DNA of 64,000 bases. Source: Thermodesulfobacteriota bacterium (GTDB lineage: Bacteria; Desulfobacterota_D; UBA1144; Nemesobacterales; UBA2774). Made by a program: the position numbers and the translations under genes. The DNA lies in contig OY729416.1 of NCBI GenBank assembly GCA_963422265.1, forward strand, positions 1,719,596 to 1,783,595, read 5' to 3'. The notes below the pieces were generated by a model. It did not search any database, was not told the origin of the DNA, and saw only the letters and a program-made list of their open reading frames with translations. Shown here in pieces: positions 52,361-61,591 of the stretch. The number at the start of each line of letters is the position of its first letter. The first letter of the stretch is position 1.

Positions 52361-53116
52361 CTACTTACGCTTGCCGAATATCCAGGCGATGCGACCTATT
52401 ATTTTTAATTCGTGTTCAATTATGTCGCGTCCCAATATCTTATCCTCAGTCATAGGGCTGTCTGATTTAATTAAAATCCCGTCGGGGTGGTCTTCTAGCC
52501 TCTTGACGCTGAAGCCCTCGTAGGTTCTATAAATCAGATACAGCTCGTTATCCACAAAGTCAACATCGTTAAAATCGACGCCTACGTAGTCGCCGTCGTC
52601 CAGAGTCGGATACATAGAATGCCCCCTTAGCTGAAAAGCATCTCGATACCCGCCTACTAGCTCCGCTGGGAACGTCTTGATCTCAAGTGGCTTATAGGAT
52701 GGCATTTGCTCTTGGATGAAGAATGCGTTACCCAAACCTGCGTGGTCGTGCACTTTAACTTCGACTCCTTTCGCCTCTTCACCGCCCCTGTCTGCCAGTA
52801 TCTTTCTGGCGCGCCCCAATTTGCTCTTGGAGATTCTACCGCTATCTATCTCTTCCTGTCGTCCTTTGCCTTCCTGTTGTTCCTCCCTTAGGAATATCTC
52901 GCCTTCGCCGTAACGCAGCCACCTGGGATTTACAGCGAACTCACTCTCAATCTTTTCCAGCGTCTTATTATAAGGCTGGGTTATACCAGTCTCCCAATTG
53001 TAAATAGTGGTCAAAGAGCTACTGCCTACCCCCTCTGAAAACTGCTCCTGCGTAAGGTTAAGTTCTTCCCTTAATTGCTTCAACCTTATATGTAAATGTT
53101 CATACTTGATAGCCAT
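52361..53116 (-). CDS. CI-like phage repressor (XRE HTH plus S24 peptidase)
   Basis: RLKQLREELNLTQEQF...WETG...VNPRWL..GEG; GHSMYPTL.DGD (Ser), VKRL (Lys), AG cleavage-site motif in HAGLG. Confidence 0.9.
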   Translation of the reverse strand: MAIKYEHLHIRLKQLREELNLTQEQFSEGVGSSSLTTIYNWETGITQPYNKTLEKIESEFAVNPRWLRYGEGEIFLREEQQEGKGRQEEIDSGRISKSKLGRARKILADRGGEEAKGVEVKVHDHAGLGNAFFIQEQMPSYKPLEIKTFPAELVGGYRDAFQLRGHSMYPTLDDGDYVGVDFNDVDFVDNELYLIYRTYEGFSVKRLEDHPDGILIKSDSPMTEDKILGRDIIEHELKIIGRIAWIFGKRK

Positions 53117-53131
53117 TATCCTGTAAAAATA

Positions 53132-53182
53132 TTCAATCTTGGCTACAAACTCCTTGACAACCTTCAATCTTGAGGATATGAT
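53132..53182 (+). promoter_or_regulatory. Divergent phage-type promoter with two operator-like boxes
   Basis: TTGACA(53154)-17 nt-TATGAT(53177); TTCAATCTTG at 53132 and 53163, the second in the spacer and forming TCAA-N2-TTGA. Confidence 0.75.
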
Positions 53183-53269
53183 TGCTTATGTGGGAATAGC
53201 TGCGACGTCCGATACCCATACTAGTAATGAAGATATTAGATTTATTGGCAATTTGCAAGGGATACGGCG

Positions 53270-54150
53270 TCCGTCATTCCTGCGGAAGTAGGAATTTAGG
53301 GGTAAGGGAATGTCTGAACTGTGATTTTTAGGATTAAACGATGAACTTATGATTGAAAGGATAAAGAACAAATCATCCTTAGTCTAAAAGGGGAAAAGTA
53401 GGGGTAACCCTTTAAGGTGCAAGGGAGATGGGTAACCACAAGGATTACCCCTACGAAAAGTAAGGGATTTGTCGGTTGCGTTTTGCCCTTCGGCAGGTTC
53501 AGGGGTTAGGCAAAGGATATTCCCCTCCTTTTGTAAAGGAGGGTTAGGGTGGATTTTTTTTTGTTTGTAGGGGGTAGTGCTAGCGATGTCCTGAACTTGT
53601 TGATGTGGGGAGATAAGGGATGGTTGATCTTCCCTGATATTCTATCAAATCCCCCTGTATCCCCCTTTGTCTAAAGGGGGAGAAGGAGAAATTTCCCTCC
53701 TTTTGTAAAGGAGAGTTAGGGTGGATTTTTTTTTGTTTGTAGGGGCGGTGCTAGCGATGTCCTGAACTTGTTGAAGGGGGGGGGATAAGGGAGAGTTGAT
53801 CTTCCCTGATATTCTATCAAATCCCCCTGTATCCCCCTTTGTCTAAAGGGGGAGAAGGAGAAATTTCCCTCCTTTCATAAAGGAGGGTTAGGGTGGATTT
53901 TTTTTGTTTGTAGGGGTAGTGCTAGCGATGTCCTGAACTTGTTGAAGGGGGGGGATAAGGGAGGGGTTGATCTTCCCTGATGTTCTATCAAATCCCCCTG
54001 TATCCCCCCCTTTACTAAAGGGGGAATGTGTGCGGAAGGGATCACGTTTCCCTACTCCCTGGTTGGTGAGCCTGCCGAGGAGAACTTGTTGAAGGGTGGT
54101 CGCCCAAAGGTATGAAGGCAATGGGTAACCACAAGGATTATCCCTACGAA
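53270..54150 (+). repeat. Repeat cluster between repressor and replication gene
   Basis: About three ~175-180 bp units plus flanking modules. Confidence 0.9.
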
Positions 54151-54170
54151 ATAATAAAAGGAGAAAAAAC

Positions 54171-55343
54171 ATGAGATATCAAAAGATAGAATCGCACATC
54201 TGGTTTGACGAGAAGTTTACGGGCTTGAGCCATTCAGCGCAGCTCCTGTTTCTTTACGTATTAACCTCGCCTCACGGTAACCTGGCAGGCATATACGTCC
54301 TCAAAAAGGGCTATGCGTGCGACGATATGAAGACCTTGCCCGAAGACTTTGAGAAGGACTTGGAAGAATTATCGTCAAAGGAGCTGATTCGCTATGACAA
54401 AGCGACGCAAGTGATATGGATAAAGAATTTTCTCAAGCACAATCCCCTTGAGAATAGGAATCAAAAAATATCAGCGATACGCCGCATAAGTTCTTTGCCA
54501 AAGAGCAATCTGTTAGAGGAATTTCTACACTGCAATAAAGAATATTTTGAGGGTTTCTCTGATCCCATCTTAAATACTGAGGAGGAGTCTTGCGATTGTC
54601 AATCTAAAGGGAAGCATGGAGATAGTGATGTGGACGGTGTTTCTACGGGTTCATCAAACCCTTTACCAAACCCTTCCAAAAGGGTTACTAAGGGGTTTGC
54701 CAAACCAGGAACAGGAACAAGAACAGGAACAGACACAGACACAGACAATCAACTCACCCTTAACAAGACCCGTAGCCTAGAAACTACCAGGGGAGCTTTG
54801 TCCAAAACCGCGAAAAATGGGGTAAGTGGAGAAAGAAAAGATTTTTCTCGTAATGGAAAACATGTCTCTGCGGGTATTAAGCAGGAGATTGACTCAGAGT
54901 CCGTTGCCAGCACCTCTTCTAAGTGGGGAAAGGAAGTCTTCCAATCGTTTAGAAACGCTATTTACCGTAGAAGACTCTTTGAGCTTTACGATAACCTCAA
55001 AGAGATTAAGTCTATAAAAGACCTTGTAGAAGAAGGTGCGTATAGGGCTTTGAAGGACGTAGCGGTAAACAGGACGACGGAACTAGAACGACGGGGATTA
55101 AGTTTTGGGCCAGTGACTCTAACGGTGATGTCTAAAAGAATCAAAAGAGAGTTCGCATACGACAACGTGCCGAGTGATGAGGAGAAGGCAAGGAACTTTT
55201 ACGTTCGTGAGCTGTGCGATTTGACGGCGGAGAGTGTTTTTCAGTGGCCCCGCACCGCGCCACTTACAGGCAGAATTCGCATCTCTGCCACCGATGCCCA
55301 ACCTGGAGATGTGTATCGTCCACCCCCCGCTTTAAGGGGGTAA
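54171..55343 (+). CDS. Phage-type replication initiator (replisome-organiser-like)
   Basis: IW.DEKF..LS....LLFLY.LT.PH.N..G.Y winged-helix N-terminus; I..F.KHN; GTGTRTGTDTDTD linker; AAGGAG RBS. Confidence 0.75.
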   Translation: MRYQKIESHIWFDEKFTGLSHSAQLLFLYVLTSPHGNLAGIYVLKKGYACDDMKTLPEDFEKDLEELSSKELIRYDKATQVIWIKNFLKHNPLENRNQKISAIRRISSLPKSNLLEEFLHCNKEYFEGFSDPILNTEEESCDCQSKGKHGDSDVDGVSTGSSNPLPNPSKRVTKGFAKPGTGTRTGTDTDTDNQLTLNKTRSLETTRGALSKTAKNGVSGERKDFSRNGKHVSAGIKQEIDSESVASTSSKWGKEVFQSFRNAIYRRRLFELYDNLKEIKSIKDLVEEGAYRALKDVAVNRTTELERRGLSFGPVTLTVMSKRIKREFAYDNVPSDEEKARNFYVRELCDLTAESVFQWPRTAPLTGRIRISATDAQPGDVYRPPPALRG

Positions 55344-55581
55344 GGAAGGGGTGAGCGTTCCCCGCTTCCCATTCTGGATTCTTGCTTGCGCAGGAATGAC
55401 GAGAGGGACCCTCTCCCTGGTTCGGCGGCTCGGCGCACCTGTTGAAGGATGGTCGCCCTGAGGTGCAAGGGAGATGGGTAAGATGGGTAATCACAAGATT
55501 TATCCCTACGAAAAGATAGAAAAGGAGGGAATGACGAGGAGTAGGAGACCATAAGGTCGCCACGAAAAAGGAGGAGATAAA

Positions 55582-56157
55582 ATGACAATAAACGCACAGC
55601 AAAGACAAAGAATATATCGCTGTATAGAAGAAGCACTGCCTTTCTATCATCGTTGGAAACGTGCTCGGCGTATAGCATCTACAAGGGCGACAAAACAAGC
55701 GGCTTCCCACTATTCGTCATCAGGGCGAGCTATGCGCCTTGGGCAGTTACCCGCCGCCTCTTTGGCAGACGAACGAGCAGAGCCGCCTGCTCGTAACGTG
55801 TATCTGCAAGTGCTCGAGCCAGTGATTGAGGGATACCTATATGGCAGATGGGGAGTGGAACAGGACGTAATAGATCTATGGCTGGATGGATTGGATGATT
55901 TGCGGATTCTAAAGTTTTGCAAGACGTTGGACCCTAATCTAACGCTAAAAGACGTCCGCGTATGGATTTACGGAGACGGCGAGCAATACGGTTTGTTAAA
56001 CACCATGTGCGAGGCGTTTATGGCGGATGCGGATTTTTGCCCGTTTTGTATGGACCAGAAAGGACGCGGAGATAGATCCGTTAAGCCCAAGCTCTACGGC
56101 ACGACGTGCCCGCACGCCGAGTTGTGGGAGCATCAGAGGTTACAGGAGAGTGCATGA
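55582..56157 (+). CDS. Phage-associated hypothetical protein, possibly Zn-binding
   Basis: AGGAGG RBS; CPFC...CPH; stop overlaps the terminase start (ATGA). Confidence 0.75.
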   Translation: MTINAQQRQRIYRCIEEALPFYHRWKRARRIASTRATKQAASHYSSSGRAMRLGQLPAASLADERAEPPARNVYLQVLEPVIEGYLYGRWGVEQDVIDLWLDGLDDLRILKFCKTLDPNLTLKDVRVWIYGDGEQYGLLNTMCEAFMADADFCPFCMDQKGRGDRSVKPKLYGTTCPHAELWEHQRLQESA

Positions 56158-56954
56158 ACGGGAATCTGAAAACTGTCTCGCCCGTCCGCCCATCCCTTTC
56201 GCCGTTTACCCTTACCGAGTGCTTTATGGAAGCTGTTTGGAAGGACGAGCAGGGCGAGCGGATAACTTGTGCCCCTCATCAGCTTGAGTGGCATAGATTT
56301 ATAAGGGAGCAGAGGGAGAATGGGCGTAAACGTATAGGGATACTTGCTCCATTTAAGCACGGTAAGACGCCCCATATACTGGGCATAACTTTGGCTGGGC
56401 TCTCCGCCAATCCCGAAAAGCGGATCAAAATCGTATGTAATGATGACAACAACGCCATGAAGCGCGTCACCGTGTTAAAGCGATACATTGAGCAGGACGA
56501 AGACTACGGGGCGTTGTTTGCAGATAGGATAAAACCTGATAAATCAGCTAGATGGAACGCCCATGCCATAACTGTAAAGAGAAAGTCTCAGAGCGTAGAA
56601 GGTTCCATAGAGTCGGCGGGCGTCCTCTCAACGGGGATTGGCGGGACTTATGACCAGATGATCTTTGACGACCCATGCGATCTGAACAACTCTACTTTGA
56701 GCGCAGTTAAAAGGGATCACCTAAAAGAACTTGCGAGAAACGTGTGGCTGTCTCGATTGGACAGAGACGGGGAGGTCCTTTACATCGCCACCGCATGGCA
56801 CGCCGAGGATCTGACGCACGAGCTAATTGACAACCCTGAATGGACGTGGCTCATCCAAAGAATTGCCAATGATTTTAGCTCAATTGAGCAGGTGGAGATA
56901 AGAGGCGATATTCGCATAGGGAAGGGAAATATCAATGACCATAATACAGGATAA
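56154..56954 (+). CDS. Terminase large subunit, ATPase domain only
   Basis: PHQ (Q motif), APFKHGKT (Walker A), MIFDDP (Walker B), IATAWH coupling motif. Confidence 0.85.
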   Translation: MNGNLKTVSPVRPSLSPFTLTECFMEAVWKDEQGERITCAPHQLEWHRFIREQRENGRKRIGILAPFKHGKTPHILGITLAGLSANPEKRIKIVCNDDNNAMKRVTVLKRYIEQDEDYGALFADRIKPDKSARWNAHAITVKRKSQSVEGSIESAGVLSTGIGGTYDQMIFDDPCDLNNSTLSAVKRDHLKELARNVWLSRLDRDGEVLYIATAWHAEDLTHELIDNPEWTWLIQRIANDFSSIEQVEIRGDIRIGKGNINDHNTG

Positions 56955-57732
56955 ATTCAGGCAGCTTGAGGTTAAACGCATTCCCTTGTGGGATAGATGG
57001 GGAGAGCGGGAATTGCGCTCTCGCAGAAACGAAATAGGTTCCAAAGCCTTTAACAGAGGCTATCGACACGAGGCTATAGAGCGGGACGAGCTGACGTTTT
57101 CTCACTTCACTAGAATAAAGAAATATGGTGTGGGTCCCGAGATCATCAGCCCTAGCTGGGAACGTTACGCGGGTGTTGACGTATCCTCGTCCTCTCGTCC
57201 GGGAAGCGTAATTTTTACGGGGGCGGTGAGTCCAGGGGGAAAGCGATACCCAAAGGAAATCAGGATTGGCGCATGGACGGCTCCCGAATTCGTTAGGCAA
57301 ATACTCGATTGCTACAATCGCTATCGTCACCAGGTGATATTGGTAGAGAATAACGGCGTGCAGACCATGCTAGTTGATTGGCTCAATGAGAAGGGGGCTC
57401 ATCTGCCAATAGAAGGATACGTTACGGGGGTGCAAAAGATGGATCCCGAGATCGGTCTGCCCTCGCTGGACATAGAGTTTGAGAATGAAAGCTGGGTGCT
57501 CCCGATGGACGTTGTAAAGGGACACGAGGGTAATTGCGGACGGTATTCGCTAGCCGGTGGGGCAATGTGTTCATGGTGTAGGTTTATCAAGGAGTTCGAG
57601 GCGCATCCACAGTATCCGACTACTGACGTCGTCATGGCGACTTGGCTATTCCGCGAGGCGGTCAGGAAATATAGGGGTGCGGGGTTTATCATGGAACAGA
57701 GCCCGATAGAAGAAGGAGTGTTCGAATTTTAG
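56935..57732 (+). CDS. Terminase large subunit, nuclease (RNase H-like) domain
   Basis: PLW.RW...L...IG...F...Y, AGVD.S, ILVENNG.Q, TDVVMA. Confidence 0.8.
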   Translation: MTIIQDKFRQLEVKRIPLWDRWGERELRSRRNEIGSKAFNRGYRHEAIERDELTFSHFTRIKKYGVGPEIISPSWERYAGVDVSSSSRPGSVIFTGAVSPGGKRYPKEIRIGAWTAPEFVRQILDCYNRYRHQVILVENNGVQTMLVDWLNEKGAHLPIEGYVTGVQKMDPEIGLPSLDIEFENESWVLPMDVVKGHEGNCGRYSLAGGAMCSWCRFIKEFEAHPQYPTTDVVMATWLFREAVRKYRGAGFIMEQSPIEEGVFEF

Positions 57733-59840
57733 GGAAGGGATCACGTTTCCCAATGCCTATCAAATCCCCCTATATCCCCCTTTGTCTAAAGGGGGAGAAG
57801 AAGAAATTCCCCTCCTTTTGTAAAGGAGGGAAAGGGTGGATTTTGTTTTTGTTAGTAGGGGTGGTGCTAGCGATATCCTGAACTTGTTGGAGGGGGGAGA
57901 TAAGGGATGATTGATCTTCCCCGATGTTCTATCAAATCCCCCTTTGTCTAAAGGGGGAGTGTATGAGGAATGTTTTCGTTCCTAGATGTTCTATCAAATC
58001 CCCCTGTGTCCCTCTTCGTCTAAAGGGGGAGTATGTAAGGAAGGGGTTCGTTCCCTGATGCCCCGTCAAATCCCCCTGTATCCCCCTTTGTCTAAAGGGG
58101 GAGTATGTAAGGAATGTTTTCGTTCCTAGATGTTCTATCAAATCCCCCTGTATCCCCCTTTGTCTAAAGGGGGAGTATGTAAGGAAGGGATTATGTTCCC
58201 CGATGCCCCGTCAAATCCCCCTGTATCCCCCTTTGTCTAAAGGGGGAGTATGTAAGGAAGGGATTACGTTCCCCGATGTTCTATCAAATCCCCCTAAATC
58301 CCCCTTTTCTAAAGGGGGAGAAGAAGAAATTCCCCTCCTTTTGTAAAGGAGGGAAAGGGTGGATTTTCTTTTTGTTAGTAGGGGTGGTGCTAGTGATGTC
58401 CTGAACTTGTTGGAGGGGGGGATAAGGGAGGGTTGATCTTCCCTGATATTCTATCAAATCCCCCTGTATCCCCCTTTGTCTAAAGGGGGAGTATGTAAGG
58501 AAGGGGTTCGTTCCCCGATGCCCCGTCAAATCCCCCTATATCCCCCTTTTCTAAAGGGGGAGCATATGAGGAATGTTTTCGTTCCTAGATGTTCTATCAA
58601 ATCCCCCTGTCTCCCCCTTTTCTAAAGGGGGAGTATGTAAGGAAGGGGTTCGTTCCCTGATGCCCCGTCAAATCCCCCTATATCCCCCTTTTCTAAAGGG
58701 GGAGTGTATGAGGAATGTTTTCGTTCCTAGATGTTCTATCAAATCCCCCTGTATCCCCCTTTTCTAAAGGGGGAGAAGAAGAAATTCCCTTCCTTTTGTA
58801 AAGGAGGGAAAGGGTGGATTTTGTTTTTGTTAGTAGGGGTGGTGCTAGTGATGTCCTGAACTTGTTGATGTGGGGAGATAAGGGATGATTGATCTTCCCT
58901 GATATTCTATCAAATCCCCCTGTATCCCCCTTTTCTAAAGGGGGAGAAGAAGAAATTCCCTTCCTTTTGTAAAGGAGGGAAAGGGTGGATTTTGTTTTTG
59001 TTAGTAGGGGTGGTGCTAGTGATGTCCTGAACTTGTTGATGTGGGGAGATAAGGGATGATTGATCTTCCCTGATATTCTATCAAATCCCCCTGTATCCCC
59101 CTTTTCTAAAGGGGGAGCATATGAGGAATGTTTTCGTTCCTAGATGTTCTATCAAATCCCCCTGTATCCCCCTTTGTCTAAAGGGGGAGTATGTAAGGAA
59201 GGGGTTCGTTCCCTGATGCCCCGTCAAATCCCCCTATATCCCCCTTTTCTAAAGGGGGAGTGTATGAGGAATGTTTTCGTTCCTAGATGTTCTATCAAAT
59301 CCCCCTATATCCCCCTTTTCTAAAGGGGGAGTATGTAAGGAAGGGGTTCGTTCCCTGATGCCCCGTCAAATCCCCCTATATCCCCCTTTTCTAAAGGGGG
59401 AGCATATGAGGAATGCGTTCGTTCCTAGATGTTCTATCAAATCCCCCTGTATCCCCCTTTTCTAAAGGGGGAGAAGAAGAAATTCCCCTCCTTTTGTAAA
59501 GGAGGGATAGGGTGGATTTTGTTTTTGTTAGTAGGGGTGGTGCTAGCGATGTCCTGAACTTGTTGGAGGGGGGAGATAAGGGATGATTGATCTTCCCCGA
59601 TGTTCTAACAAATCCCCCTGTATTCCCCTTTGTCTAAAGGGGGAGCATATGAGGAATGTTTTCGTTCCTAGATGTTCTATCAAATCCCCCTGTATCCCCC
59701 TTTGTCTAAAGGGGGAGTATGTAAGGAAGGGATTATGTTCCTTGTTCCCCTGGTTGGTGGGACTGCCGAGGAGAACTTGTTGAAGGGTGGTCGCCCAAAG
59801 GCGCGGAGGCAATGGGTAACCACAAGGGTTACCCCTACGA
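57733..59840 (+). repeat. 2.1-kb higher-order repeat array between terminase and tRNA
   Basis: Roughly 20 CCCCCTTT(T/G)TCTAAAGGGGG hairpins; two ~71-bp unit types, mostly alternating, interspersed with ~170-bp units. Confidence 0.93.
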
Positions 59841-59849
59841 AACGCGTAG

Positions 59850-59925
59850 TGGTGGAGCCGAAGGGATTCGAACCCTCGACCTCATGAATGCCATTCATGC
59901 GCTCTCCCAACTGAGCTACGGCCCC
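59850..59925 (-). tRNA. tRNA-Ala (GGC)
   Basis: Minus strand GGGGCCGTAGCTCAGTTGGGAGAGCGCATGAATGGCATTCATGAGGTCGAGGGTTCGAATCCCTTCGGCTCCACCA; 76 nt, encoded CCA. Confidence 0.97.
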
Positions 59926-60117
59926 TCATAAAGTCCAACTATTTTTGAAAACGAATTCCACTATAGGTTAAGACCGATTTAGTTCAAAGTCAAATGGTAT
60001 TAGTGTATATTCCCCTTCTTAAATGCTCTGGATTGTGATTAACGATGATTGAATTATGGGCTATGATCGTTACTGGGATGGGTGCTATTTCTATTTTGTT
60101 TTTTAATTATGCTCTAT

Positions 60118-60159
60118 CATGTAATCTCATAGATCATACATGTAATCTCATAGATCATA
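60118..60159 (+). repeat. 21-bp tandem duplication upstream of hom
   Basis: CATGTAATCTCATAGATCATA twice. Confidence 0.9.
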
Positions 60160-60187
60160 GCTTAGGACTTTACAAGGAGACGGCGGA

Positions 60188-61586
60188 GTGAAATCGAATG
60201 CGAACCTAATCAAAATTGGGTTGATAGGAGCTGGCACCGTAGGATGCGGCGTGATAAAGCTCCTTAGCCGAAATAAGGGCATTATTGAAAAGAGGACCGG
60301 AGTCCGACTCGATCTAAAGAGAATTGCCGATAATGACCTTGAGAGAAAAAGACCTGTAAGGCTTCCTAAAGACAGGATTACTACCGATGCGTTTGAGGTT
60401 ATTCGTGATGAATCAATAGACATAGTGGTAGAGCTTGTAGGGGGGACGACCGTAGCAAGGGATTTCGTCATGGCAGCCATAGATAACGGTAAGCACGTCG
60501 TAACGGCGAATAAAGCCCTTATCGCCCACCATGGCAGAGAAATATTCCAGAGCGCCTTGCAAAAAGGAGTTAGCGTTGGCTTTGAAGCCAGCGTAGGGGG
60601 TGGAATTCCGATAATACGCGCGATGAGGGATGGATACGTCGGAAATAAAGTGCTGTCTATCCATGGAATAATGAATGGCACTTCTAACTACGTATTATCC
60701 AGAATGACTGAGCGGATGGCTTCCGCAAACGCACAAAGCAGGGCACGGGCATCGTCTCGGATTACGCGAGGAGGAGAAAAGTCGGAATTTGAAGAGGTCT
60801 TAAAAGAGGCGCAGCGCAAGGGATACGCCGAAGCCGATCCTTCGTTTGATATCGACGGCGTTGACTCGGCTCATAAACTCTCGATAATGATAATGCTTTC
60901 GTTTGGCGTCTTTCTAGCGTTTGAAGATATTCACGTAGAGGGAATACGTGGGATTACGCCGCTGGACGTTGCGTTTGCCGATGAGCTTGGCTATAGGATA
61001 AAGCTCTTGGCGACCGCAAAGGCTAAGGATAGCGTTCACCCCACGGACAAAGAGGCTTTTGGATAACGTTCCCGAGAGTATAGAAGCCGGCGTATATCCA
61101 ACGTTAATAAAAAAGGGAACGTCGCTCGCCGATGTTTCAGGAGCCTTCAATGCGATTTACCTAGTTGGGGACGCAATTGGTCCGACAATGCTCTATGGTC
61201 TGGGGGCGGGTATGATGCCGACGGCAAGCGCCGTCGTTAGCGATATATCGCGTATCTCCTCTCTATACGATCCAGCTCCAAGGCTACACGTGGACTTCAC
61301 GTCATCTCCGCTAATTAAAATGAGCGAAACGTCTAACAAATACTACTTAAAATTCAATGCTCACGACCGCCCAGGCGTGTTGGGAAAAATCACAGGCAGG
61401 CTGGGTAGGCATGGGATCAGCATCGAGTCGGTGATACAAAAGGGGAGGCATCCCGAAGGTGGTGAGTCCCAATTGTCATTATGACTCACGAGGCTCAAGA
61501 AAAGAAGCTATTATCTGCTCTCGAGCAGATAGATAAATTCCCGGATGTAAGCGCAAATCAACGTTTATAAGAATCGGGAGATTTAA
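60188..61586 (+). CDS. hom: Homoserine dehydrogenase with ACT domain (apparent frameshifts, likely read errors)
   Basis: GAGTVG, TANKA, FEASVGGGIP, NGTSNY, GYAEADP; continues in the next frame with GAG..PTASAV and DRPGVL. Confidence 0.9.
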
Positions 61587-61591
61587 GGAAC

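Noticed and set aside
55582-56157. Small terminase subunit
   Set aside because: The position fits, but I see no recognisable TerS features; left as hypothetical
52361-59925. Complete prophage with att sites at tRNA-Ala
   Set aside because: No integrase or structural genes, and I found no second copy of the tRNA 3' end by eye
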